The translations under genes and the position numbers were made by a program. Below are positions 19,757-28,505 of a stretch of DNA of 64,000 bases, in pieces (the stretch's first letter is position 1; each line of letters starts with the position of its first letter). Source of the DNA: Halorutilales archaeon Cl-col2-1 (GTDB taxonomy: Archaea > Halobacteriota > Halobacteria > Halobacteriales > Afararchaeaceae); assembly GCA_041891055.1 (NCBI GenBank), contig CP169074.1:1600001-1664000 (forward strand), given 5' to 3'. The notes under the pieces are model-generated. The model ran no database searches. It was not told where the DNA came from and was given only the letters and a program-made list of their open reading frames with translations.

Positions 19757-20689
19757 TTATCCTCTTTCTGACAGTCTGCCGTACGTCCATCTCCCTAGCT
19801 TGTAAGCCACGAAGACGGGAACCGCGACCACGACGAGGTAGATGAGGAACTGGATCGTCCGGAAGAGTATCTCGACGCCTCCTGTGACTGTTGTGATAAG
19901 TATACTAACGATGTTGTCGACTGTCTGCCGCACCTCGTTTCTGAACCTGTCGCCGATGTCGTCGGGGACTATCTCGGGCTGTCTCCTCTCCCTCACCTCT
20001 ATCCTCACCGTGGCGTACTCACTCCTCTGGCGTTTCTGTGCAAGATCCGACCTGTATCTACTCATCTTCTCCTTGACTTCGAGCTCCTTATCGGTGACCT
20101 CCATCAGAAGATCGAGCTTCTCCGCGGTCGCGTTCATCTCGGAAATCTCCGACCGCGTCGACTCGTACTCCCGAAGTGTCCGGTTGAGTATGTCGAGCTC
20201 GGTCGTTTCCCTCTCAATCGAGAGCCTGTAGCTCCTAACTTCGTATTCCTCGACCTCGAACTCGTCTCTCGTACTTTCGACGAACTCCTCGAAGTTCTCA
20301 GACGGCACTCTCGCTGTCATACGCGCGGTGAGATAGAGATTCGACCGTCTCCGTGAGCTCTCCTCAACGTATCCTCCTGACCCCTGTGTGAGATCTCTCA
20401 GCCTCGAGACATCGTCGTCCAAGCTCTCCGACTCGATGCTCATATCCGCCTCTTGAACCTCGACGTACTCGCCCGCGCTCGCTCCCGCGTCCTCACCCAC
20501 CCCTACCGTCTCAGGAGCACCTCCAAATCCCGTCTGTTGTGACGGACTCCCACCGGTCATCCCGAATCCGAAGAGGACTGTCGAAACGGCTCCGACTACC
20601 AGAGCTAAGACGAGAACAACTGAGACTAAGACTGAGACGGCGGCGATCCTATTTTCGGACAGCCAGTGTCTGACTTCGTTGAGGTTCAT
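19757..20689 (-). CDS. DUF4349-like membrane-anchored coiled-coil protein
   Basis: N-terminal TM, GGYVEES, ARVPSENFEEF, coiled coil, YATVRIE, C-terminal TM. Confidence 0.75.
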   Translation of the reverse strand: MNLNEVRHWLSENRIAAVSVLVSVVLVLALVVGAVSTVLFGFGMTGGSPSQQTGFGGAPETVGVGEDAGASAGEYVEVQEADMSIESESLDDDVSRLRDLTQGSGGYVEESSRRRSNLYLTARMTARVPSENFEEFVESTRDEFEVEEYEVRSYRLSIERETTELDILNRTLREYESTRSEISEMNATAEKLDLLMEVTDKELEVKEKMSRYRSDLAQKRQRSEYATVRIEVRERRQPEIVPDDIGDRFRNEVRQTVDNIVSILITTVTGGVEILFRTIQFLIYLVVVAVPVFVAYKLGRWTYGRLSERG

Positions 20690-20733
20690 ACGACCGAGTT
20701 ACCCAGAGACGAATCAAGTAACTTTGGGTGGTT

Positions 20734-21957
20734 TTAGACAGATAGATTCTCGATGCCTTTCTCGTACTCGGTGAGGTTGTCGTAGCCGTCGTCTCTCACG
20801 ACGACGAGATCCTCGACCCTCACGCCTCCGATGTCCTGGTAGTAGAGCCCCGGCTCGACAGAGACGACGTGCCCCGCTTCCAACTCGCCCCCTCCCGACG
20901 ACAGGCGCGGCATCTCGTGTATGTCGAGACCGACGCCGTGTCCCGTCGAATGTATGAATCCCTCCTCAGCACCCTGTCTCTCGGTGTCGTAACCCACCTC
21001 CTCGTACGACTCACAGACTGCGTCGTGTACCTCTTCTCCTGTCACCCCTGCGCCCTCGTCGAGTACGTCGAACGCCGCCTCCTGTGCCCTCACAGTCGCC
21101 TCGTACATCTCGCGTACCTCGTCGGTCGGCTCGCCCTTGACAAATGTCCTCGTCATGTCGGCGTGGTACTTGAGACGTCTCGGAAATATGTCGACTATTA
21201 CGGGCTCACCCTCTCTTATCACGCCCGAACCCCTCGAATGCGGGTCAGCTGTTTCCTCTCCCGAGGCGACTATAGACTCGTCGAGGTCACATCCCGCCCT
21301 TATGAGGTCGACCTCTATCTCTGTCCTCACCTTCTCGGAGGTCAGAGCCTCTCCGTCTGTTAATCTTTGATTAACAGGCTCATCAATCTTCGATTGATGA
21401 ACGTCGTGAACGAGTCTTCCGTCCTTGACCTCGGCTTCCCTCAGGAGTCTCTCGGCGACCTCCATCGCGTTCTCGTTCGCTCTCTGTGCCGCCTTTATCT
21501 TCCTTATCTCCTCGTCGGTCTTTACCGCCCTCGTCCCCTCTATCCCGTCGTCTACCGCGGTGACCTCGAATCCCCTCTCACGGAGAGCCTCGGCGGAGTA
21601 AAGGAAGAAGTCACGCGGTACACATACCGACTCGACGCCGTACTCTTCGAGGAACGACGCCGCGACCTCTATCTCGGCGTCCTCGCTCCCTCTTATGTCC
21701 CCTGTGGTGTACTCGGCTGTCGACCTCACCTCGTCGGCGAGTGACTCCTTCTTAGCGCGGCTATACTCCAAGGGTGAGACGAGTAGAACGGTCTCGTCTT
21801 GCGTCCTCAGAAGGCTGAAGGGATCGGGTGCCTCGAACCCCGAGACGTAGTACATGTCGCTGTCGTCCGACGAGTCGGTGCGGAGGTAGGCGTCACAGAC
21901 CTCGGTCTCGACGGCTTCGTCTATGCTTGCAGTCCTCCCACTATCTCGGTCTGTCAT
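20734..21957 (-). CDS. Xaa-Pro aminopeptidase (M24) with a 16-aa palindrome-derived insertion
   Basis: DPHSRG, VDIFPR, YHADMTRTF, HSTGHGVGLDIHE, SVEPGLY, GVRVED. Confidence 0.93.
   Translation of the reverse strand: MTDRDSGRTASIDEAVETEVCDAYLRTDSSDDSDMYYVSGFEAPDPFSLLRTQDETVLLVSPLEYSRAKKESLADEVRSTAEYTTGDIRGSEDAEIEVAASFLEEYGVESVCVPRDFFLYSAEALRERGFEVTAVDDGIEGTRAVKTDEEIRKIKAAQRANENAMEVAERLLREAEVKDGRLVHDVHQSKIDEPVNQRLTDGEALTSEKVRTEIEVDLIRAGCDLDESIVASGEETADPHSRGSGVIREGEPVIVDIFPRRLKYHADMTRTFVKGEPTDEVREMYEATVRAQEAAFDVLDEGAGVTGEEVHDAVCESYEEVGYDTERQGAEEGFIHSTGHGVGLDIHEMPRLSSGGGELEAGHVVSVEPGLYYQDIGGVRVEDLVVVRDDGYDNLTEYEKGIENLSV
21356..21403 (+). repeat. 48-bp double-hairpin unit, in frame
   Basis: CG|T-CTGTTAATC-TTT-GATTAACAG-GCT-CATCAATC-TTC-GATTGATG-AACG; two perfect stems. 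Confidence 0.93.
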
Positions 21958-22034
21958 GCTACGGAGTTCCGCGTCTTCGGAGTTAATCTTACTGTTACCG
22001 TCATTAATTTGGTTCCGACACGTCTACTCAGTGT

Positions 22035-23009
22035 ATGGCAGAGTTCCCCACCCGACGTATGAGAAGGCTGAGACGCGACGGAGTACGAGAGATGGTAGCC
22101 GAGAACTCGGTCTCGACTGACGACCTCGTGGCTCCCCTCTTCGTCGACGCGACGACTGACGAGCCCTTCGAGATACCCTCGATGCCCGGAATATACCGTC
22201 ATCCCCTTGACGACGTCCGGGAGAAGGCACGTGAGATAGACGAACTCGGCATACCCGCTGTGATACTCTTCGGTGTCCCCGAGTCGAAGGACGCCGAGGG
22301 ATCGCGTGCTTACGCAGAAGACGGAGTCGTACAGGAGGCGGTGAGATGTATCAAGGACGAGACCGACCTTCTCGTGGTGACAGATGTCTGTATGTGTGAG
22401 TACACCCACCACGGACACTGCGGGGTGATCGACGACGAGGAGGAGACGGTCGACAACGACGCCACACTTCCCTACCTGTCGAGAATCGCTGTCTCACACG
22501 CCGAGGCGGGAGCCGACATAGTCGCCCCGAGCAGTATGACGGACGGGATGGTCACAGAAATACGTCAGGGACTCGACGACGCGGGCTACACAGAGGTAGG
22601 CATACTGTCGTACGCAGTCAAGTACGCTAGCTCCTTCTACGGACCCTTCCGTGACGCCGCCGACTCGGCACCTGACTTCGGTCACAGGCGCGACTACCAG
22701 ATGAACCCCGCCAACTCACGTGTCGCAGCCGAGGAGGCGAGTCTCGACGTCGAGGAGGGTGCCGACATGCTGATGGTAAAGCCCGCCCTCCCCTACTTGG
22801 ACGTAGTCTCAGACGTGAGAGACAGCTTCGACCTTCCCGTCGCTGCTTACAACGTCTCGGGAGAGTACGCGATGCTCAAGGCTGCGGATCAAAACGGCTG
22901 GTTAGACGCGCGTGAGACCGCAATGGAGTCGCTCTTATCGATAAAGAGGGCGGGCGCCGACCTCATAATAACCTACTTCGCCGAGGAGATCGCGCGCGAC
23001 CTCGACTAG
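22035..23009 (+). CDS. hemB: Porphobilinogen synthase
   Basis: [44 protein letters not shown]. Confidence 0.97.
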   Translation: MAEFPTRRMRRLRRDGVREMVAENSVSTDDLVAPLFVDATTDEPFEIPSMPGIYRHPLDDVREKAREIDELGIPAVILFGVPESKDAEGSRAYAEDGVVQEAVRCIKDETDLLVVTDVCMCEYTHHGHCGVIDDEEETVDNDATLPYLSRIAVSHAEAGADIVAPSSMTDGMVTEIRQGLDDAGYTEVGILSYAVKYASSFYGPFRDAADSAPDFGHRRDYQMNPANSRVAAEEASLDVEEGADMLMVKPALPYLDVVSDVRDSFDLPVAAYNVSGEYAMLKAADQNGWLDARETAMESLLSIKRAGADLIITYFAEEIARDLD

Positions 23010-23039
23010 GTTTAAGTTGGAGGCGTTGTTATACGGCGT

Positions 23040-23402
23040 ATGGCATCGAACAAGGACAAGACGGTCTCCTTCCGCGTCTCTGAGGAGACCTTCGAGACTC
23101 TCTCTGAGATCTCCGAGAGGCGTGATACTACACTCTCTGACATATTCCGTCAGTACGTCGACAGCCTCGTGAGCCACGACGGTGACGTGTCTGTGGTTCC
23201 CGACGACTCCGTAATCGAGGAGGTCGACGACGACTTCCCGCCTAAGGTCAAGGTCTCGAAGGAGGTTCTGAGGGAGAACGAACGTCTCGAACTCGAAAAC
23301 CGACATCTCAGGGAGCGTCTCGAGGAGTACGAGGAGTACGTCGAGAAGCTGAGAGAGAGACACGACGGCGAACACGTCCGTCTCGGAAAGGTCGACAACT
23401 GA
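23040..23402 (+). CDS. Ribbon-helix-helix (CopG-like) protein with C-terminal coiled coil
   Basis: NKDKTVSFRVSE...TLSDIFRQYVD; ERLELENRHLRERLEEY. Confidence 0.8.
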   Translation: MASNKDKTVSFRVSEETFETLSEISERRDTTLSDIFRQYVDSLVSHDGDVSVVPDDSVIEEVDDDFPPKVKVSKEVLRENERLELENRHLRERLEEYEEYVEKLRERHDGEHVRLGKVDN

Positions 23403-23427
23403 AGACAAGAAAGAGAACCAACTACAG

Positions 23428-25074
23428 CTACCGACCGTCGAACTCCTCTCTGAAGCTGTTTATGTTCTCGTCGGACCCCGCTACTATCAGCCTGTCTCCC
23501 TCCTGTATACGTGTGTCGGGCTGAACCCTCGTCATTACCTCGCCGTCCCTATCTATGGCGACGACGGTACATCCCGTCTTCCTTCCGACGTGTGCGTCTT
23601 CGAGAGTCTTTCCTTCGAGCCTCGGAGCCTCTGTACGTACTATCTTTATCTGTTTTCCGGGAGACATTATCTCCTCGCCGATTATGTCGAGTGCAACCAC
23701 TCTACCACTCACGGTCGGCAGGGCGAGGACGTAGTCGGCACCCGACCTGTAGAGCTTCGTCTGGCTCTCCGACCTGTTAGCTCGGACTATTATCTCCACG
23801 TCGGGGTTTATCTCTCGTGCTATGAGGGTCGTGAATATCGCCGAGGTGTCGTCGGGAAGTGCGACTATCAGAGCCGCAGCGTCTTCTATTCCCGCCTCTC
23901 TCAGAGCCTCCTCGTCGGCGGCGTCGCCTACTACGTCGACGTTCTCTCCGTCGTTGACGTCTATGACCGTGGTGTCGATACCCGAGTTCTCGGCGTGTCT
24001 CCTCACTGTCGAGCCCACCTCGCCGAGACCCGCTATCACGACGTTCTCCCTCGTCCGTCTGTGGCGTCTCGCCTCCGCGAGAGTAATCTTTCGGAGGTGT
24101 TTCAGCTCGTCCTCGGTTCCCGCGACGAGGAGGACGGTGTTACTGTCTATCCGTGTGTCGTGTGAGGGCGAGTGGATGAAGCTACCGTTTACCCACGCAC
24201 CTATCAGGCTCGCACCCGTCGTCTCACGTATTCCGCTCTCTGAGAGTCTCTGACCTACCAGACTGCTCTCGGAGTGTACGGGTATCTCGACCACGAGGAA
24301 GTCGTCTCCTATCTCTATGCTCTCTCCGAGCTCCGAGGTCACCGCCGTCGTCGCCTTGTCGGCGAGGCTCCTCCCGACTATGTGTCTCGGCGAGAGTGCC
24401 TCGTCGGAGCCCGCGTATCTCAGATACCTCGACTTCTGGGGATCTGTGGCGAGGCTGACTACGTGTGTGTCCTCCGAAGCCTCGCGTACTGAGAGGGCTA
24501 TGCTTGCGTTGACGTCGTTGTCAGCGTCGAGAACGACCGATCTCGCGTCTTCTATACTGACGTCTCTGAGTGTCTGAGTCGACTCGGGGTCTCCACGTAC
24601 CACGGAATACCCCGACTCGTAGAGGTCGATAGCGCGGTTCTCGTCACAGATCAGTATGACGTACTCTATCCCACGCGACTCCAACTCGTCGATGAGTGTC
24701 TCGCCGAGCGACTCGAACTCACAGATCACGACGTGGTCTTCGAGATCCCCAGCCGAAGTCGGAACCTGTGTCTCTATCGCCTCCTCTATCCACGGCACGA
24801 CGAAGAGAGGGAGTGCCATGAATATCAGGACGACACCCGTAAGCTGCATCGCGACCATCAGCGTCAGCATAACCGGGGAGCTCCAGGGCGCGTCCTCTCC
24901 GTACCCCGTCGTCGTGAAGGTCTCTACGACTACCTGGAACGAGTGTACTAGACTCCTCTCCCTCCCCTCGAAGGTAGACATACCCCAGCTATATATGACC
25001 GAGTAGAAGACGGCTATCGCGCCTATTCCGAGTATGTAGAGTACCGCTTTTCTCCTCTTGGATTCGACTGGCAT
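23428..25074 (-). CDS. Potassium channel protein with TrkA-N/TrkA-C (RCK) domains
   Basis: Pore TTTGYGED; GLGEVG Rossmann motif; two RCK pairs. Confidence 0.9.
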   Translation of the reverse strand: MPVESKRRKAVLYILGIGAIAVFYSVIYSWGMSTFEGRERSLVHSFQVVVETFTTTGYGEDAPWSSPVMLTLMVAMQLTGVVLIFMALPLFVVPWIEEAIETQVPTSAGDLEDHVVICEFESLGETLIDELESRGIEYVILICDENRAIDLYESGYSVVRGDPESTQTLRDVSIEDARSVVLDADNDVNASIALSVREASEDTHVVSLATDPQKSRYLRYAGSDEALSPRHIVGRSLADKATTAVTSELGESIEIGDDFLVVEIPVHSESSLVGQRLSESGIRETTGASLIGAWVNGSFIHSPSHDTRIDSNTVLLVAGTEDELKHLRKITLAEARRHRRTRENVVIAGLGEVGSTVRRHAENSGIDTTVIDVNDGENVDVVGDAADEEALREAGIEDAAALIVALPDDTSAIFTTLIAREINPDVEIIVRANRSESQTKLYRSGADYVLALPTVSGRVVALDIIGEEIMSPGKQIKIVRTEAPRLEGKTLEDAHVGRKTGCTVVAIDRDGEVMTRVQPDTRIQEGDRLIVAGSDENINSFREEFDGR

Positions 25075-25083
25075 ATTATTATC

Positions 25084-25494
25084 TCATCTGAAGACCGTGT
25101 CGGCTGTCGCGGCTCCCACGACGCTGAATATAGCACTTATCATGACTGCTTTGACCCCTGTCGTGACGTCGGCGCTGAAGGTCTGGGGGGCTGAGACGAC
25201 GACTGCGATTATTCCGACTGAGAGGTACGACACAGCCACGAGAGAGATGAAACGCAGGGGTATGCCGAAGAAGCTCTTCTCAATGTCGGGGTCTCTCGTC
25301 TCGTCAGCCTCATAGAGGGCGGTGTATCCGATTCCGAGGACTATCAAGACAGTCGCAGCGAGATGGAGAGACGAGACGTTCCCCGCCATGTTCCAGATCT
25401 CCTCAGCCATCACGAAAGGACCTCCGAGTATGATACCTCCGACTGTCTGCTGGGCTGTGTCGGCTAAGACGTACCTCGTCTTTCCCCTTCTCAT
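25084..25494 (-). CDS. DUF2391-like membrane protein
   Basis: DTAQQTVGG, PFVMAEEIW, GIPLRFISL, FSVVGAATAD. Confidence 0.75.
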   Translation of the reverse strand: MRRGKTRYVLADTAQQTVGGIILGGPFVMAEEIWNMAGNVSSLHLAATVLIVLGIGYTALYEADETRDPDIEKSFFGIPLRFISLVAVSYLSVGIIAVVVSAPQTFSADVTTGVKAVMISAIFSVVGAATADTVFR

Positions 25495-25506
25495 GTCTTT
25501 ATTACT

Positions 25507-26367
25507 TTAGCGTCCCGCGAGACCCACTACGTGGTCTATCTCCTCAAGCAGTATCTCCTCGACAGCCAGACGCACTCCGTTCTGACTCCCCGGAAGGACG
25601 AAGACGGGCGTGTCGTCGGAGACACCCGCGAAAGCCCTTGACATTATCGATGAGGTTCCTATCTCCTCCGTGCTCAGACGTCTGAAAAGCTCTCCGAATC
25701 CCGGGAGCTTCTTGTCGATCAGGGGCTCGACCGCCTCGACTGTGACGTCGTCGGGGGTTATTCCGGTTCCTCCTGTTGTGACCACGGCGTCGACCTCTCC
25801 GACGAGATCCTTGACCCTGTGTCTTATCTCGACGAGGTCGTCCGACACGACCCCGTACTCCGTCACCGTGTGCCCCTCGTCGGTCACCAGACGTCTGACT
25901 GTGTCGCCGCTCGGGTCGTCGTTCTCGTCTCTGGTTGAACTCACTGTCAGAACCCCGAAGTCGAGGCTTTCCTTCTCAGAGTCGTGGTCGTGATCGTGGC
26001 TGTGACTGTGACTGTGACCGTGGCTGTCCCCGTCCCCGCAGTCGCCTCTTTTCTCCCCCCACGCCATGAAGACGAGAGCCGTGAGACGTGACTCCGACGT
26101 GTTCCTCACGCCGTGTCTCTCGCCCGCCTCGGCGACTACCCCCTCTCCTTCACCCAGAGACAGCACCTCGTCACCTACCGTGAACTCCCCCTCACCCTCG
26201 ACGACGTAGTATAGCTTGTCGGAGTCGTCGTGTACGTGGGGCTCCTGTTCCTGACCCGGCTCGAAGCAGTAGAAGTCCGAGAATCCCCCCTCGGCGTCTA
26301 ATAGGCTGACCTTCTCGTACTTCTCCGGCGAGAACTCAGTTACTTCGGAGACGTCAAATCTTCTCAT
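25507..26367 (-). CDS. moaB: Cupin domain fused to MoaB/MogA molybdopterin adenylyltransferase
   Basis: N-terminal PHVH...YYVVEGEG...RHGVRN; His-rich linker; C-terminal LTVSSTR, TTGGTGITPDDVT, LPGFGELFR, LPGS. Confidence 0.85.
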   Translation of the reverse strand: MRRFDVSEVTEFSPEKYEKVSLLDAEGGFSDFYCFEPGQEQEPHVHDDSDKLYYVVEGEGEFTVGDEVLSLGEGEGVVAEAGERHGVRNTSESRLTALVFMAWGEKRGDCGDGDSHGHSHSHSHDHDHDSEKESLDFGVLTVSSTRDENDDPSGDTVRRLVTDEGHTVTEYGVVSDDLVEIRHRVKDLVGEVDAVVTTGGTGITPDDVTVEAVEPLIDKKLPGFGELFRRLSTEEIGTSSIMSRAFAGVSDDTPVFVLPGSQNGVRLAVEEILLEEIDHVVGLAGR

Positions 26368-26388
26368 ACCCGAAGAGACACGGGTCGT

Positions 26389-27156
26389 TCACTTATCGCT
26401 TTCCGTGGACGTGGATCTGGATGTCGACGTGAGCCAGTAGGAGACAGTCGAGAAGTCGTCGCTGATCTCGAGTATAGTGTCGTCAACGTCACGTATCCCC
26501 TCGGCTATCTTGGTCGGGGTTATCCGGTAGAGACCGAACGGGAAGAAGAAGTCGTTCTTCGTCTCTTCGAGCGACAGACCCGCGTCACCGAGGAGACTTT
26601 TCACCTCGTCCTCCGAGTAGAGCCTGCTACCCATGGGGAGGAAACGGTTGTAGATTACGCGCGCGCTTCCCTCCATGAATGTGTCGAAGAGAACCTTCGA
26701 GCGCGACACACGTCTCATTTCGGAGAGGAAATCGATGGGCGTGTCGGCGAGATGGAAGAAACGCATAGCTATCACGACGTCGAACGAGTCGTCGGGGAAC
26801 GGTAGCTCTCCCGCGTCTCCCCTCAGGAAGTCGACCGAGTCGTAGACCCCTGCTTGTTTCGCCTTCTTGACTCCCTTCTCCATCATCGGCTTGCTTATGT
26901 CCATTCCCACTACATCAGCGTCTCTGCGTGCGAGTTCGACGGTGAAACGTCCCGTGCCACACGCTATCTCAAGCACCGAAAGATCTTCGAGACTGTCGCT
27001 GTCCGTAGACCCCGACTCGGCAGCCTGAACGTCTCCGAGGAGGTCGAAGACGGCTTCCTTCTCGCCTTCATCTATGAGAGCACCGCCCTTCGAGAACCTC
27101 CAGTCGTCGTACTCCTCGGCGGTGTCTTCCTTTTGGTACCACTCTCTTCCCTTCAC
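26389..27156 (-). CDS. Class I SAM-dependent methyltransferase
   Basis: LEIACGTGRF, GDAGELPFPDDSFD. Confidence 0.92.
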   Translation of the reverse strand: MKGREWYQKEDTAEEYDDWRFSKGGALIDEGEKEAVFDLLGDVQAAESGSTDSDSLEDLSVLEIACGTGRFTVELARRDADVVGMDISKPMMEKGVKKAKQAGVYDSVDFLRGDAGELPFPDDSFDVVIAMRFFHLADTPIDFLSEMRRVSRSKVLFDTFMEGSARVIYNRFLPMGSRLYSEDEVKSLLGDAGLSLEETKNDFFFPFGLYRITPTKIAEGIRDVDDTILEISDDFSTVSYWLTSTSRSTSTESDK

Positions 27157-27280
27157 GTTTGTGTTTGTTCGAATATACGGTCAGTCATATTAAGCTTCAG
27201 GTTTGGTTCCTACCCCTCCGCGAAACTATTAAGTGGGGTGAGACGTAAATTACGGCGAACTATAAGGCACGGACGGAACA

Positions 27281-27784
27281 GTGATAAGCATTAACTCCGA
27301 GAAACGAAAGGGGCGGAGCACTAACGCACAGACGAGTATAGACTTCCTGTCAGGCATAACCATATTTCTGATTACACTCATATTCGTCCTCGGCTTTATG
27401 ACCGACACGATGGCTCCCGTGACGACATCCACCGATGAGACGGAGGTAATCGCCGATAGGGCATCTACGCTTTTCGTATCCTCGGTAACGGATGACGACG
27501 GCACCCTTGACAGTACGGACGCGAGCGGCTTCTTCAGTCAGGATACGACTGAGATGAAGAAGAGCCTTGGACTCGATCCGGGACTCTATGACTATAACAT
27601 AACAGTCAATGACACCGGGACTTCGGACGTCAACGACGAGGTCTTCGGTAACTCGACCCCTGACACCGCGTCGGTCTCTACGAGGACACGTGTCATTTAC
27701 GCTGACGAGACGGTCACAATAGACGGTACCGATGTCGAAGAGGGCAACACGACTGTGATCGAGATAACCGTATGGAGGGGATAG
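27281..27784 (+). CDS. Pilin-like protein (class III signal peptide-like)
   Basis: Basic N-terminus, AQ-TSIDF, hydrophobic helix, ends ITVW. Confidence 0.75.
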   Translation: MISINSEKRKGRSTNAQTSIDFLSGITIFLITLIFVLGFMTDTMAPVTTSTDETEVIADRASTLFVSSVTDDDGTLDSTDASGFFSQDTTEMKKSLGLDPGLYDYNITVNDTGTSDVNDEVFGNSTPDTASVSTRTRVIYADETVTIDGTDVEEGNTTVIEITVWRG

Positions 27785-27785
27785 G

Positions 27786-28505
27786 TTGAGGCGAAACACC
27801 GACGACACGGATCGAGAGGCTCAGATGCATACCCTCGAAGGCTTCGCCGCAGCATTCCTCATAGTTCTGTCTGTCCTTTATGCTATCAACTCCGTCGCAG
27901 TCACACCCACGTCGACAGCGACCGCGTCGGGGGGTGACGCGTCCCTCGACGCCCTTGTTGGCGACAGCCTGAGACACGGTAAGGTGAGCGGTGATCTTAG
28001 ACGCGCCGTTCTCGGATTCGACACTAGCGCGACGCCGCCGAGGTTCAACGGGAGCACCCCTACTGTCTATGGGTATACAGGGACGTCGAACCTGTCGCAC
28101 ATCCACGGTGACTTCAACACGACTCTTGAACGTATAGGCGACAGGGGCGTCGTCTATAACGTAGACCTACGTTTCGAGTCGAACGACACAGCCCGAATAG
28201 ACGAACGCAGGGGATGTGAGTATCTCGGAAACCATACTCAGACGTTACCCGGCGAAAAGCAGGGTATGGCGAGATGTAGCCTCATAGACAACGGCAATCC
28301 GGGTAAGGGCGCTGTGACGTCGTACGATACCCTCGTACTCTACGAGGACGACCTCGTCAACGGCACCGTGCCTCTCGCCAACGCGACGCGCGAGGGATAT
28401 CCGATACCCAACGTCGACGTCTCGGAGTCTGACGCGAGGTTCGACCGTGGAAACGTCTCTGACATATACAACATAGTGGAGGTGCGTCTCACAGCATGGA
28501 GATAG
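27786..28505 (+). CDS. Pilin-like protein
   Basis: REAQ-MHTLEG plus TM helix; ends YNIVEVRLTAW. Confidence 0.75.
   Translation: MRRNTDDTDREAQMHTLEGFAAAFLIVLSVLYAINSVAVTPTSTATASGGDASLDALVGDSLRHGKVSGDLRRAVLGFDTSATPPRFNGSTPTVYGYTGTSNLSHIHGDFNTTLERIGDRGVVYNVDLRFESNDTARIDERRGCEYLGNHTQTLPGEKQGMARCSLIDNGNPGKGAVTSYDTLVLYEDDLVNGTVPLANATREGYPIPNVDVSESDARFDRGNVSDIYNIVEVRLTAWR

Noticed and set aside
26985-27035. Short insertion (QAAESGSTDSDS) in the methyltransferase ending in TGAACG
   Set aside because: No ATC-nnn-GAT hairpins, so it cannot be assigned to the hairpin family; at most a decayed copy.
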